Shown here in pieces: positions 54,472 to 63,098 of a DNA stretch of 64,000 bases (position 1 is the stretch's first letter; every line of letters starts with the position of its first letter). The notes beneath the pieces are model-generated. The model made no database searches. It was given only the letters and a program-made list of their open reading frames with translations, and was not told the origin of the DNA. This stretch comes from Bacillales bacterium UBA4855. Its GTDB lineage: Bacteria; Bacillota_I; Bacilli_A; RFN20; CAG-826. The DNA is taken from assembly GCA_002399785.1 (NCBI GenBank), contig DHEH01000002.1, positions 33,265-97,264 of the forward strand. Reading direction: 5' to 3'. The position numbers and the translations under genes were made by a program.

Positions 54472-56497
54472 TTTGTTTTACCTCCACGGCTTTATTAGCA
54501 TTTTCAATGCGAGTCTTAACAATTTTTGGCATTTCTACTTTTGGAGCACCTGGACATAAAAGCCAAGTTGCTGCATAATGAGTGTCACTAACCTTAAAAA
54601 ATGGAGGCTCATATTTAGAATCGATTTCCATTGCATATTTACTTCTTAAAGCAAAGGCATCCCCTTTTGGTGGATAAAGCATATCTGGAGGAGTTCCAGG
54701 TATAGCTTCAAGCTTTTCTTTGCTATCAATATCAGGAATAGAGGCCATTAATGCCCAAGTATAAGGATGTCTAGGATCAAAGAAAATTTCATCACTTGTA
54801 CCGTATTCAACAATCTTTCCAGCATACATAACAGCGACTCTATCGGCCATATTAGCAACAACACCTAAGTCATGAGTAATAAAAATACAAGAAAGGTTTC
54901 TTTCTTCTTTTAAATTATTAATTAATTCAAGAATTTGTGCTTGAATAGTAACATCAAGTGCAGTTGTTGGCTCATCACAAATTAAAATATCTGGATTTGC
55001 AGTTAAAGCAATTGCAATGACGATTCTTTGTCTCATACCACCACTAAATTCAAATGGATATTGCTTAAATCTTCTCTCGGGTAAAGGAATTCCAACCTCT
55101 TTCATAACCTTTAAAGCCATTTTCTTTGCTTCAGCTTTTGTGATTGAAGTTTTATTAATATAGGCGTCATTTGCAGCAGATATTGAATTTTTAGCTTCTT
55201 TTTCTTCTTTTAATAAAGCATCATATTCTTTATTTCCAGTACTTAAAATAACTAAAGATTCATCAATGTGAGTTTTACTAACATTGGTCTCTTTAAACTT
55301 TCCACTTTCTTTTTTATTCTTAATCTCAGCGGCGTTATTATGTTTAATAATTTCATCAATTTTTGCTAACTCTTCGCTATTTAACGACTCTCTTAACTTG
55401 ATGACAGCTAAAGCATTATTAACAAGAATTTCTTCTGCTTTTTTAATTTTATCATCTTTTTCTTTCAATAATTCTTCGTGTCTTTTTTTAGTTTCAGCTT
55501 TTGCAAACTCTTGTTTAATCTTAAGATCTTCTTTTAAAGATGGTGAAAGTTTTTTCTTTATATCTTTATATTTCTTCTGAAGCTCAATTAAATCGTGTTT
55601 TCTTGAAACAAAGCTTTCCTTAACATTATCAATTGAAAAAGTACGAGTTAATATTTCACTATAAAAATTAATTAACTCATGATTCGAAGCAATTTTTTCA
55701 TTAATAATCTTTTTCTTTAAATCGCTTAAATCAATTTTAGTTTCAAGTTTCTTGGCTTTTTTTTCGTTATCTTTAACCAACATATCAATATCGTTTTGAA
55801 CATTGATATTAATATGATTGAAGTACTTTTCAATATCAGATAAAGCATCAGCTTTTTTAGTAGTTGCTTTATTAAAAGCATTTATAACAGCATTGTATTT
55901 TGCAACTAATTTTTCTTCTTTACTGTCTTTAAAACTTTGAACTTTACTTAAACGTTTTTCTAATTTAACAAGGGATTTGTAGGCGTTTTCAAATTTTTCA
56001 AAGATGTTTTTGTTTTTAATAATTTCATCTTTTGCTTTCTTAATTTCATAATTCGAATTTGCTGCAACATTTCTTAATGCAGTTAATTCATAAGAGTAAA
56101 GATCTTCACAATATCTTTTTAAAACATTGTGATTAATTAAAGAAGCTTCCATGATTTGTTTACCAACTTTCATGGTTGGATTTAATGCGCTTAAGGGATC
56201 TTGGAAAATCATTCCGATTTTGTGACCTCTAATTCTATGAAACTCTTCTTCAGAAACTCTTATTAAATCTTCACCTTCATACATTATTGAACCATTTTCA
56301 ATAATCGCATTACGAGCACTGATACCCATAATGGCTTTATTAGTAACAGATTTTCCACTTCCAGACTCACCGACAATACAAAGAGTCTCTCCTTTATATA
56401 AATCGAAAGAGACTCCCCTTACTGCTCTAACAATTCCTCTATCCGTTCTAAAAGAGATAACTAAATCTTTTACAGATAAAACTTTTTCTTTTGCCAT
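54464..56497 (-). CDS. oppD: Oligopeptide ABC transporter ATP-binding protein OppD with a ~330-aa coiled-coil-like insertion
   Basis: Walker A is GESGSGKS and GMIFQDPLSALNP follows. About 330 K/E/N-rich residues come next. Then come FSGGMRQRIVIAIAL, LICDEPTTALD, ITHDL and PRHPYTWALMASIP. Confidence 0.85.
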   Translation of the reverse strand: MAKEKVLSVKDLVISFRTDRGIVRAVRGVSFDLYKGETLCIVGESGSGKSVTNKAIMGISARNAIIENGSIMYEGEDLIRVSEEEFHRIRGHKIGMIFQDPLSALNPTMKVGKQIMEASLINHNVLKRYCEDLYSYELTALRNVAANSNYEIKKAKDEIIKNKNIFEKFENAYKSLVKLEKRLSKVQSFKDSKEEKLVAKYNAVINAFNKATTKKADALSDIEKYFNHININVQNDIDMLVKDNEKKAKKLETKIDLSDLKKKIINEKIASNHELINFYSEILTRTFSIDNVKESFVSRKHDLIELQKKYKDIKKKLSPSLKEDLKIKQEFAKAETKKRHEELLKEKDDKIKKAEEILVNNALAVIKLRESLNSEELAKIDEIIKHNNAAEIKNKKESGKFKETNVSKTHIDESLVILSTGNKEYDALLKEEKEAKNSISAANDAYINKTSITKAEAKKMALKVMKEVGIPLPERRFKQYPFEFSGGMRQRIVIAIALTANPDILICDEPTTALDVTIQAQILELINNLKEERNLSCIFITHDLGVVANMADRVAVMYAGKIVEYGTSDEIFFDPRHPYTWALMASIPDIDSKEKLEAIPGTPPDMLYPPKGDAFALRSKYAMEIDSKYEPPFFKVSDTHYAATWLLCPGAPKVEMPKIVKTRIENANKAVEVKQND

Positions 56498-56498
56498 A

Positions 56499-58583
56499 TT
56501 AGTTACTTTCTCCTTTCAAAGATGGATCAACAGCATCTCTTAATCCGTTGCCGAATAAATTGAATGCTACCAATAATAACGCCATAATTAACGTTGGAAT
56601 AACAAGTAAATACATAGTGTATCCACTAAAATATATTCTGTTTTCACTTAAAATAACACCAAACATCAACTGTCCTTTTAATCCTAATCCCAAATAAGCA
56701 ATACTTGCTTCACTATAAATTGTGCTAGGAATTAAAAGAATGCTGCTTGTAATAATTGTACCTAAAGCATTAGGTAAAATATGTTTAAAAATTAATCGAG
56801 GATCTTTAGCTCCTAAAGTTCTACTAGCTAAAACGTATTCACGATTCTTATAACGATAGAATTGTGTTCTCGTTCGTCCAGCAACCCCCATCCAAGATGT
56901 CATAAACATCGAGATAATAAAAGCTAAGATATCATTATGTAAATATAATAATGCTAAAGTAATAATTGCAATTGATGGCAACCCACCAACAATATCAACG
57001 AAACGTTCCATTAATATATCGGTCCAACCACCAAAATATCCACTAATTGATCCCCAAATAATACCGAATAAAATATTGATAATTGAGCATCCAAAGGCAA
57101 TAAGAAGAGAGGTTCTCAACGAGGTAAAGATTGTTTTTAAGAAATCCCTACCATTTCCATCAGTTCCAAATAAGAAAACTGGTTTTGAACTATAACCTAA
57201 ATATTTCCATTGAGAAACTTTACAAACAAGACTATATCCAACAAATCCGCCGTCAATTGTACTGTAAACTGGTGTACCTTTTTGTTCAATAAGTTCAATA
57301 ATTGGATTCTTTGAAGTATTAAGAGATTCGTATCTAGAAGTTAAAACGTCTTTATCAGTTGTTGGAGTATCAGGATAATAATTCAAATAACCGCCATTAA
57401 TAAATTCATTAATTTTATAAGCTGGAAGGGTCATTTCTTTATCGCCATAGCAATCTTCGTATGCGTCATATTTAAAATTACAATTCATATATTTGACATT
57501 CAAACAGCTTTTACTACCATTTGTGGATTTCCAGAATTCTGGATTATCTACCATATCAATAGAATCGCCATTAGTAATTTTTTGCTCTTGAATCATGGTG
57601 TGATTAGCATTTTTAATTTGACGCAAAGTAACATCATCACTAGTGTTAGTATCGTTAGTTTCAATCAAAAGATTTTCAATAAAAATACTCGATTTTGTGG
57701 CGACATCTTCTCTATATGCATCAATATTAATACGTCCACCAGTTAAACTAGTAATTCCATATCTTTCCTTCATTATTTTACTAACATCTAAAGATAAGGT
57801 ATCTGTTGTATCTTTTTTAACGTAATCAGTTACATAACCAACTCCACTATCAATTGTAAATGGACTTGCAATTGTTTCAGTTCCAGTCAATGGGTAATAA
57901 GTTTTTACTCCACTATTTAAAGTTATAAGAGAAATACGATATTTCGTGCTTGAATAGTTTTCAGCTGTTGGTTCAAGGAAACGATAATTAAACGTATAAT
58001 CAAAATTAAAATCGTAATCGTATTTATAAGAATAAACATCTCCAGGAAGAGTTTTATCAGTTAATGTATCTTTAAAGGTTAAATTTAAAAATCCACCCAT
58101 TCCATAAGTGCCTTCATAATCTAAATAATATTCGCTTTTAACAAGATTTGACACAGTTCTCATATCAAAACCAACTGGATGATCATTTTCTTGATCGTAA
58201 ACAATATCATTTTTTTGAATAGTGCCATCCCAGAATCCACCAGCATTCTCAAATAATTTTGGAGGCAAAGCAATTTCTGTTTTAATTCCATCAGGATTAA
58301 TTAAATGTGATTTAGAAACATCAAATGATCCGGTATTAGGCATAACAATTGGCACAAAAATAGCTAAAAGTATGATGGTTCCTAAAATGATTCCACCAAC
58401 AACACTAGATTTATTTTTAACAAAACGATGCATTGAGTCTTTTAAGAAAGTAGTTGGTTTACCTTCTTTAGCAACATCATGAATAGTACTTGCTTTATGA
58501 GTAAAATTAAAATCGGTATCAGTAATTATAATCTCTTGTTTTTCACTTAAACTATCAATGTAGGTAAATTTTTCGTTTTTCAT
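56499..58583 (-). CDS. oppC: Oligopeptide ABC transporter permease OppC with a ~380-aa extracytoplasmic insertion after TM1
   Basis: TM1 is VVGGIILGTIILLAIFVPIV. A long hydrophilic region follows, then the canonical GTDGNGRDFL.. motif and five TM helices. Confidence 0.85.
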   Translation of the reverse strand: MKNEKFTYIDSLSEKQEIIITDTDFNFTHKASTIHDVAKEGKPTTFLKDSMHRFVKNKSSVVGGIILGTIILLAIFVPIVMPNTGSFDVSKSHLINPDGIKTEIALPPKLFENAGGFWDGTIQKNDIVYDQENDHPVGFDMRTVSNLVKSEYYLDYEGTYGMGGFLNLTFKDTLTDKTLPGDVYSYKYDYDFNFDYTFNYRFLEPTAENYSSTKYRISLITLNSGVKTYYPLTGTETIASPFTIDSGVGYVTDYVKKDTTDTLSLDVSKIMKERYGITSLTGGRINIDAYREDVATKSSIFIENLLIETNDTNTSDDVTLRQIKNANHTMIQEQKITNGDSIDMVDNPEFWKSTNGSKSCLNVKYMNCNFKYDAYEDCYGDKEMTLPAYKINEFINGGYLNYYPDTPTTDKDVLTSRYESLNTSKNPIIELIEQKGTPVYSTIDGGFVGYSLVCKVSQWKYLGYSSKPVFLFGTDGNGRDFLKTIFTSLRTSLLIAFGCSIINILFGIIWGSISGYFGGWTDILMERFVDIVGGLPSIAIITLALLYLHNDILAFIISMFMTSWMGVAGRTRTQFYRYKNREYVLASRTLGAKDPRLIFKHILPNALGTIITSSILLIPSTIYSEASIAYLGLGLKGQLMFGVILSENRIYFSGYTMYLLVIPTLIMALLLVAFNLFGNGLRDAVDPSLKGESN

Positions 58584-58585
58584 AA

Positions 58586-59632
58586 TTATTTTGCCCCCAT
58601 TCTAATTCTTGGATCAATAAATCCGTAAGATAAATCAACAAGAACGCTAGCACTCAAACCAATTAAAGTATAAAAAGCTGTATTCGCTAACAATAACGAA
58701 TAATCTTTTGCATTATAGGCATCAACATAAATAGCTCCAACGCCTCGAATGTTATATAAATTTTCTAGAACCATCGAACCACCTAAAATACCGATAAATT
58801 CTGCAATTACCATCGGAACAACAGGAACCATAGAATTTCTTAAAGCGTGATGAATAATAGCTTGTCTACTTGTTAAACCTTTAGTTCTAGCAAGAAGCAA
58901 ATAGTCACTATTCATAACTTCACATAACTCTGCTCGAACAAAACGAGTAAAACCAGCCATCGTGCCCATAGCTAAAGACATGACAGGAATAACTAAACTT
59001 GCAATATGTAAAGCATGATCATCTTCCCAAGCAACAAATTTTGCTGGCAACCATTCTAACTGGTAACCAAAAATTAAAATAGCATATAGAATCGTAACAA
59101 ATGATGGCAACGCAATTTCAATCATAACAACAGTAGAAATAACATTATCAACTGGTTTATCTTTATTTAAAGCAGCAATAATACCAAAAACAATACCTAA
59201 AGGTAAAGCAATTAAAATAGCAATGATATTAATTTCAACAGTGACAGGAAGCTTACTAACAATTACTTCCATCGCACTTTGATTTAAATATAAGTTACTG
59301 CTAACACCCCAGTCCCACCTAGTAAAAACATTACCAATCCAATTAAAATATTGTTCCATAATTGGGCGAGTATAGTAGTAATAATATGGACCAGTGCCAC
59401 CTATTTGATAGCCTTTCCCACCAAGTAAATTGCCGTATCCAGCTGTTTCCTCAGTAAATCTTATAACATAACCAAGCGAAAATTGTTTTGTTAAAAATGC
59501 ATTTACTCCATCATTTCCACCAGCAAGTGGAACATCTAAAGGTAAAGATTTATATAGCAAAAAAGTAATACTTAGTACGATAAATGCTGTAAAAAATACT
59601 AGCACCAATCTTTTAATAACGTACTTCCACAT
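58586..59632 (-). CDS. oppB: Oligopeptide ABC transporter permease OppB
   Basis: It has the typical N-terminus MWKYVIKRLVLVFFTAFIVLSITFLL and six TM segments. The EAA-like region is LLARTKGLTSRQAIIHHALRNSMVPVV. Confidence 0.88.
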   Translation of the reverse strand: MWKYVIKRLVLVFFTAFIVLSITFLLYKSLPLDVPLAGGNDGVNAFLTKQFSLGYVIRFTEETAGYGNLLGGKGYQIGGTGPYYYYYTRPIMEQYFNWIGNVFTRWDWGVSSNLYLNQSAMEVIVSKLPVTVEINIIAILIALPLGIVFGIIAALNKDKPVDNVISTVVMIEIALPSFVTILYAILIFGYQLEWLPAKFVAWEDDHALHIASLVIPVMSLAMGTMAGFTRFVRAELCEVMNSDYLLLARTKGLTSRQAIIHHALRNSMVPVVPMVIAEFIGILGGSMVLENLYNIRGVGAIYVDAYNAKDYSLLLANTAFYTLIGLSASVLVDLSYGFIDPRIRMGAK

Positions 59633-59648
59633 TTTGTTTCCCCCTTAA

Positions 59649-59714
59649 AGTCAGTAAAATCTCCCACATGTGGAGAGATTTTACTGACTCAGGTATTTGG
59701 TTGCTCAAATACCT
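59649..59714 (-). promoter_or_regulatory. Two consecutive intercistronic hairpins between oppA and oppB
   Basis: Hairpin 1 spans 59649-59689: AGTCAGTAAAATCTC..CCACATGTGG..GAGATTTTACTGACT, with 15-bp arms plus a palindromic core. Hairpin 2 spans 59691-59714: AGGTATTTG-gttgct-CAAATACCT. No clear T run follows on the minus strand. Confidence 0.6.
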
Positions 59715-59723
59715 TACGTTCAG

Positions 59724-62426
59724 TTATTCAATAGGATTTAATTTAGAATAGTCAATCCAACCATCAGATGTCAAAGTTACACTTTCTTGGTTAGCATAGA
59801 ATAAACCATCAATAGACCAATATTTACCTTCATAGTAAATGCTACTTGAAGGAATATATGTTTGTAAAGCGTGGTGAATTGTTAAAGAATAAGATCTATT
59901 AATTGCTTCCCAAAGTCCCATTTCTTGGAAAACTTCATATTCTCCTCCATTAATAGAAGCTTGAGCAATATCATATTGTCCTAAAGCAACTTTACCATAA
60001 GCGTTCATATAATCGCTTGATCCGCTGCCTTCGTATGTTTGAGCAAATTCAAGTTTAATTAATGGTGATCCATCTTCAGCACACCAATTCTTATTTGATT
60101 TGACAGCAGAATTGAATGTTGCAGCAATAGCATCAAATATTGCAGTTCCTTGGTAATCAACCCAAACTTGAGATTGCCAGTTAACGTTAATCGAAATAAC
60201 AGTTGGAGAAGCAGCTGTTCCTAATTGATAGTGACCAGCTTCAAGTTCTTCTTGAAGAGCTGTTTTAAAGTAAGAAACACCTTTAGCATTTGAATTAGTA
60301 GGAATTCCGTCATCGCCATAAACAGCTTTAACAGCAGCAATGTGTTCATCAGTGTCATTCCATCTCTTATCAGCTTTAGGAGACATTTTGTTGATATCAC
60401 CGAAGTAATCGGCAAAACCAGTTCTTCCTTTAGTGGCAGCAAATGTATCTCTATCATAACCACAATTTAAACCTTTAATGAAATTATGATTACTCATAAT
60501 TGGTTTTACTGCCCAATCTGTGTCCATATAGGTCTTTCTATAAGTTGCGTTTGAAGCACTTCCTGCGGTAAAATCACCGAAGAATTGACCAGCAATTGCA
60601 GTTCCAGCATTGGTTCCATCACCGAACAATGCTTGATAATCCATTTTACTTAAGCTATTAAATGAGACGCCATTCTTCTCGCCGGTATTAGCAATTTGAA
60701 CTGTATCAGGTTTAACTTTTTCAGCAGCAAGTTCTGCACTTGGGATTGAAGATGATTCAATATAACCATTGTTATAAGCGGCAAATAACAAAGTATTTGT
60801 TGAATCTGTTTGTAAGGAAGTATCTTTTTCAAAGACACGGCCTTCCATTTTATAAACATCTCTACCAGCTGGATCTTTTTTAACATACCAATCAGCGTTT
60901 CTCTTATATACAATCTTATCTTCACTCATTGATTCAAGATAGTAATTACCAGTGGATAAAATATTATCAGCAGGTGTAGAACTATCAGTTGTATCGGTAG
61001 TTCCTAATTTAGTAAGACCAGCAGCAAGATCGCCTTTACCTAAAGTTGTTTGAACAAATTCAAGTGGCATAACACCTTGGTTATTTAATCTATATGCAGC
61101 ATAGTCAGATGTGCATCCCTTTGTTAAAGTGAAAGTAATTGAACTATCCTTTTCATTTAATTTAAGGCCAGGAACAGCAGTTAAGAAAGCATCAACATCA
61201 ACGACTGCATTTGCTGGTTTTTTAGCTGTAGCAGCATAATATTCAGAAGCTCCTTCAAGAGCGCTATTTCCGTTCAATAATTGAGTAACGTTAGCGGCTC
61301 CAGTCCGTTGAGTATATTGAAGAATATATGGAGTTAAATAATCTTTTAATTGAATAGCAACTTTATCAAAAGCTTTACCATTTTTAGTTCCGCCATTACG
61401 GTAATAAACTTTATCAGTTGTTGTTCCAGTATTAAAATGAACCTTCCATTTCTTATGGAATCCTTCAGCAGCATCACCAGTTAATTCATTGCCATCATCA
61501 TCGCAAGGAATAGGCTCGGCATCACTTGATAATGATGGAACGTAAACGTCAGAATCGCTATCATTTAATAATTTTCCAAAATATGAAGCTTGGCAATAGT
61601 TATAATAATCTGTAACGTCGCTTCCGGTACTCTTAAAATAGTTAACGTTTGATGGTTGATTTGAATTTCTTGTATGGAAATATCTCTTATAAGCAGCATT
61701 ACTTTCTTTTGGGTTGTCTTCGCTTAAATAACAATATGAATCATAACCAAATCCGAATCCAGGAACATATGTACTTGGAGAGAATTTTCCGTTTTCTGAA
61801 CGAGAATTATAGACTCTTTCAGATATCTTAGTGTATCCGCCATATGCCCAGAAATTCATACCAGTTAAACCGGTTTCCATAGCAAGTTGTTCGGCTTGTC
61901 CGAAAATTTGACTTGCTCCAACAGTTGTTAAAGCAGTTAAATCTTGTTCACCAGTAGCGATACTTCCAGCAGGAACGACTGTTAAAGTGGTAGATTTTTT
62001 AATTTCTTTGGTTTCTTCGCCTTCTTTAGCAACTTTAGCGATACAAGAAATAGTATAAACTTTTCTTGCAGCAACTCCAGTTCCTGTAACAGTTGGAACA
62101 GTAATTAATCCATCAGCTTTGATATTTAGGTCATCTGTTGCTTTGCCTTGAGCGTCAGTAACTTCAAATGAGATTTCTGCGCCAGAAGGTGCTTCAAAAG
62201 CATGAACTTTAACATCAGTTGATCCGCTTTCAATAAGAGCAGCTCCTGAAGTTGTGACCATTGTATCTTTACCACCGATCTTTTTAGAAACATAAGTGTC
62301 AAAATAAGGTGCTTCGATACCACCTAATACAACAGTTTCAGTTTTTCCGCATCCGACAAGACTAGTTACGCCAACCGACAATAATGCAGCGGCGCCTAAA
62401 ACGTAAATAAATTTACTTTTTTTCAT
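59724..62426 (-). CDS. oppA: Large substrate-binding lipoprotein of the opp operon (OppA-like, ~900 aa)
   Basis: The ORF track uses TTG 62441. ATG 62426, 7 nt after GGAGGA (62434-62439), gives MKKSKFIYVLGAAALLSVGVTSLVGCGKT (lipobox LVGC). The assignment rests mainly on its position as the first gene of oppBCDF. Confidence 0.7.
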   Translation of the reverse strand: MKKSKFIYVLGAAALLSVGVTSLVGCGKTETVVLGGIEAPYFDTYVSKKIGGKDTMVTTSGAALIESGSTDVKVHAFEAPSGAEISFEVTDAQGKATDDLNIKADGLITVPTVTGTGVAARKVYTISCIAKVAKEGEETKEIKKSTTLTVVPAGSIATGEQDLTALTTVGASQIFGQAEQLAMETGLTGMNFWAYGGYTKISERVYNSRSENGKFSPSTYVPGFGFGYDSYCYLSEDNPKESNAAYKRYFHTRNSNQPSNVNYFKSTGSDVTDYYNYCQASYFGKLLNDSDSDVYVPSLSSDAEPIPCDDDGNELTGDAAEGFHKKWKVHFNTGTTTDKVYYRNGGTKNGKAFDKVAIQLKDYLTPYILQYTQRTGAANVTQLLNGNSALEGASEYYAATAKKPANAVVDVDAFLTAVPGLKLNEKDSSITFTLTKGCTSDYAAYRLNNQGVMPLEFVQTTLGKGDLAAGLTKLGTTDTTDSSTPADNILSTGNYYLESMSEDKIVYKRNADWYVKKDPAGRDVYKMEGRVFEKDTSLQTDSTNTLLFAAYNNGYIESSSIPSAELAAEKVKPDTVQIANTGEKNGVSFNSLSKMDYQALFGDGTNAGTAIAGQFFGDFTAGSASNATYRKTYMDTDWAVKPIMSNHNFIKGLNCGYDRDTFAATKGRTGFADYFGDINKMSPKADKRWNDTDEHIAAVKAVYGDDGIPTNSNAKGVSYFKTALQEELEAGHYQLGTAASPTVISINVNWQSQVWVDYQGTAIFDAIAATFNSAVKSNKNWCAEDGSPLIKLEFAQTYEGSGSSDYMNAYGKVALGQYDIAQASINGGEYEVFQEMGLWEAINRSYSLTIHHALQTYIPSSSIYYEGKYWSIDGLFYANQESVTLTSDGWIDYSKLNPIE

Positions 62427-62561
62427 AATTTTATCCTCCAAATTTATTTACACTTTCATTTGATACAAATTGAAAATGATTACAAAATTATAAAAACGGA
62501 AATATAAAAAAGATATCAAATATTTAAAAAACTTAATACCATCTTAATATTGACAAAATTA

Positions 62562-62960
62562 TTAAATCAAAAAAGTTATGAGTGCAATGACGAAAAATAC
62601 GACAGCAACAGCAAATATAGGTAAAAAATTAAATTTATCTCTTTTTCTCTTTTCAATTCGTGCATCTCTATATTCGACTGGATCTTTATATTTTTTTTCG
62701 CCAGTTTTTTTCATAACGCTAATTAAATTACTGAACCCATATCCAACCAAATCAAAAGTTCCTTGATTGCCAATTATTTGAAATCCGCCAAGCCCAAAAA
62801 CAATAAAACCACTAATAAATGAAGCGTTGCATACTCTTGTTTTATTTTCTAAATCAGTATTAGAAAAATAGTAAAACAACAAAAACAAAACTACTCCTAT
62901 AACAGTAGCTATAGCGAATTGAATTAAAATATCTATTAATTTACGTGTTCGTTCTGTCAT
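62562..62960 (-). CDS. Small membrane protein (132 aa), DUF3899-like
   Basis: It has three hydrophobic helices and a basic loop (KKTGEKKYKDPVEYRDARIEKRKRDK). The pattern GTFDLVGYGFSNL resembles DUF3899 proteins as I recall them. Confidence 0.6.
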   Translation of the reverse strand: MTERTRKLIDILIQFAIATVIGVVLFLLFYYFSNTDLENKTRVCNASFISGFIVFGLGGFQIIGNQGTFDLVGYGFSNLISVMKKTGEKKYKDPVEYRDARIEKRKRDKFNFLPIFAVAVVFFVIALITFLI

Positions 62961-63098
62961 GTTAATCTCCTAATTATAATAAAGTAAGAAAAAATAAAAT
63001 CAAATGATTACTGTATTTTTCAACACAAAAATTATTTTAACCAAACATAAATAGAACAAAAATTGAAGATTAAATAAGTTTTGTTATTGTTATACGGA

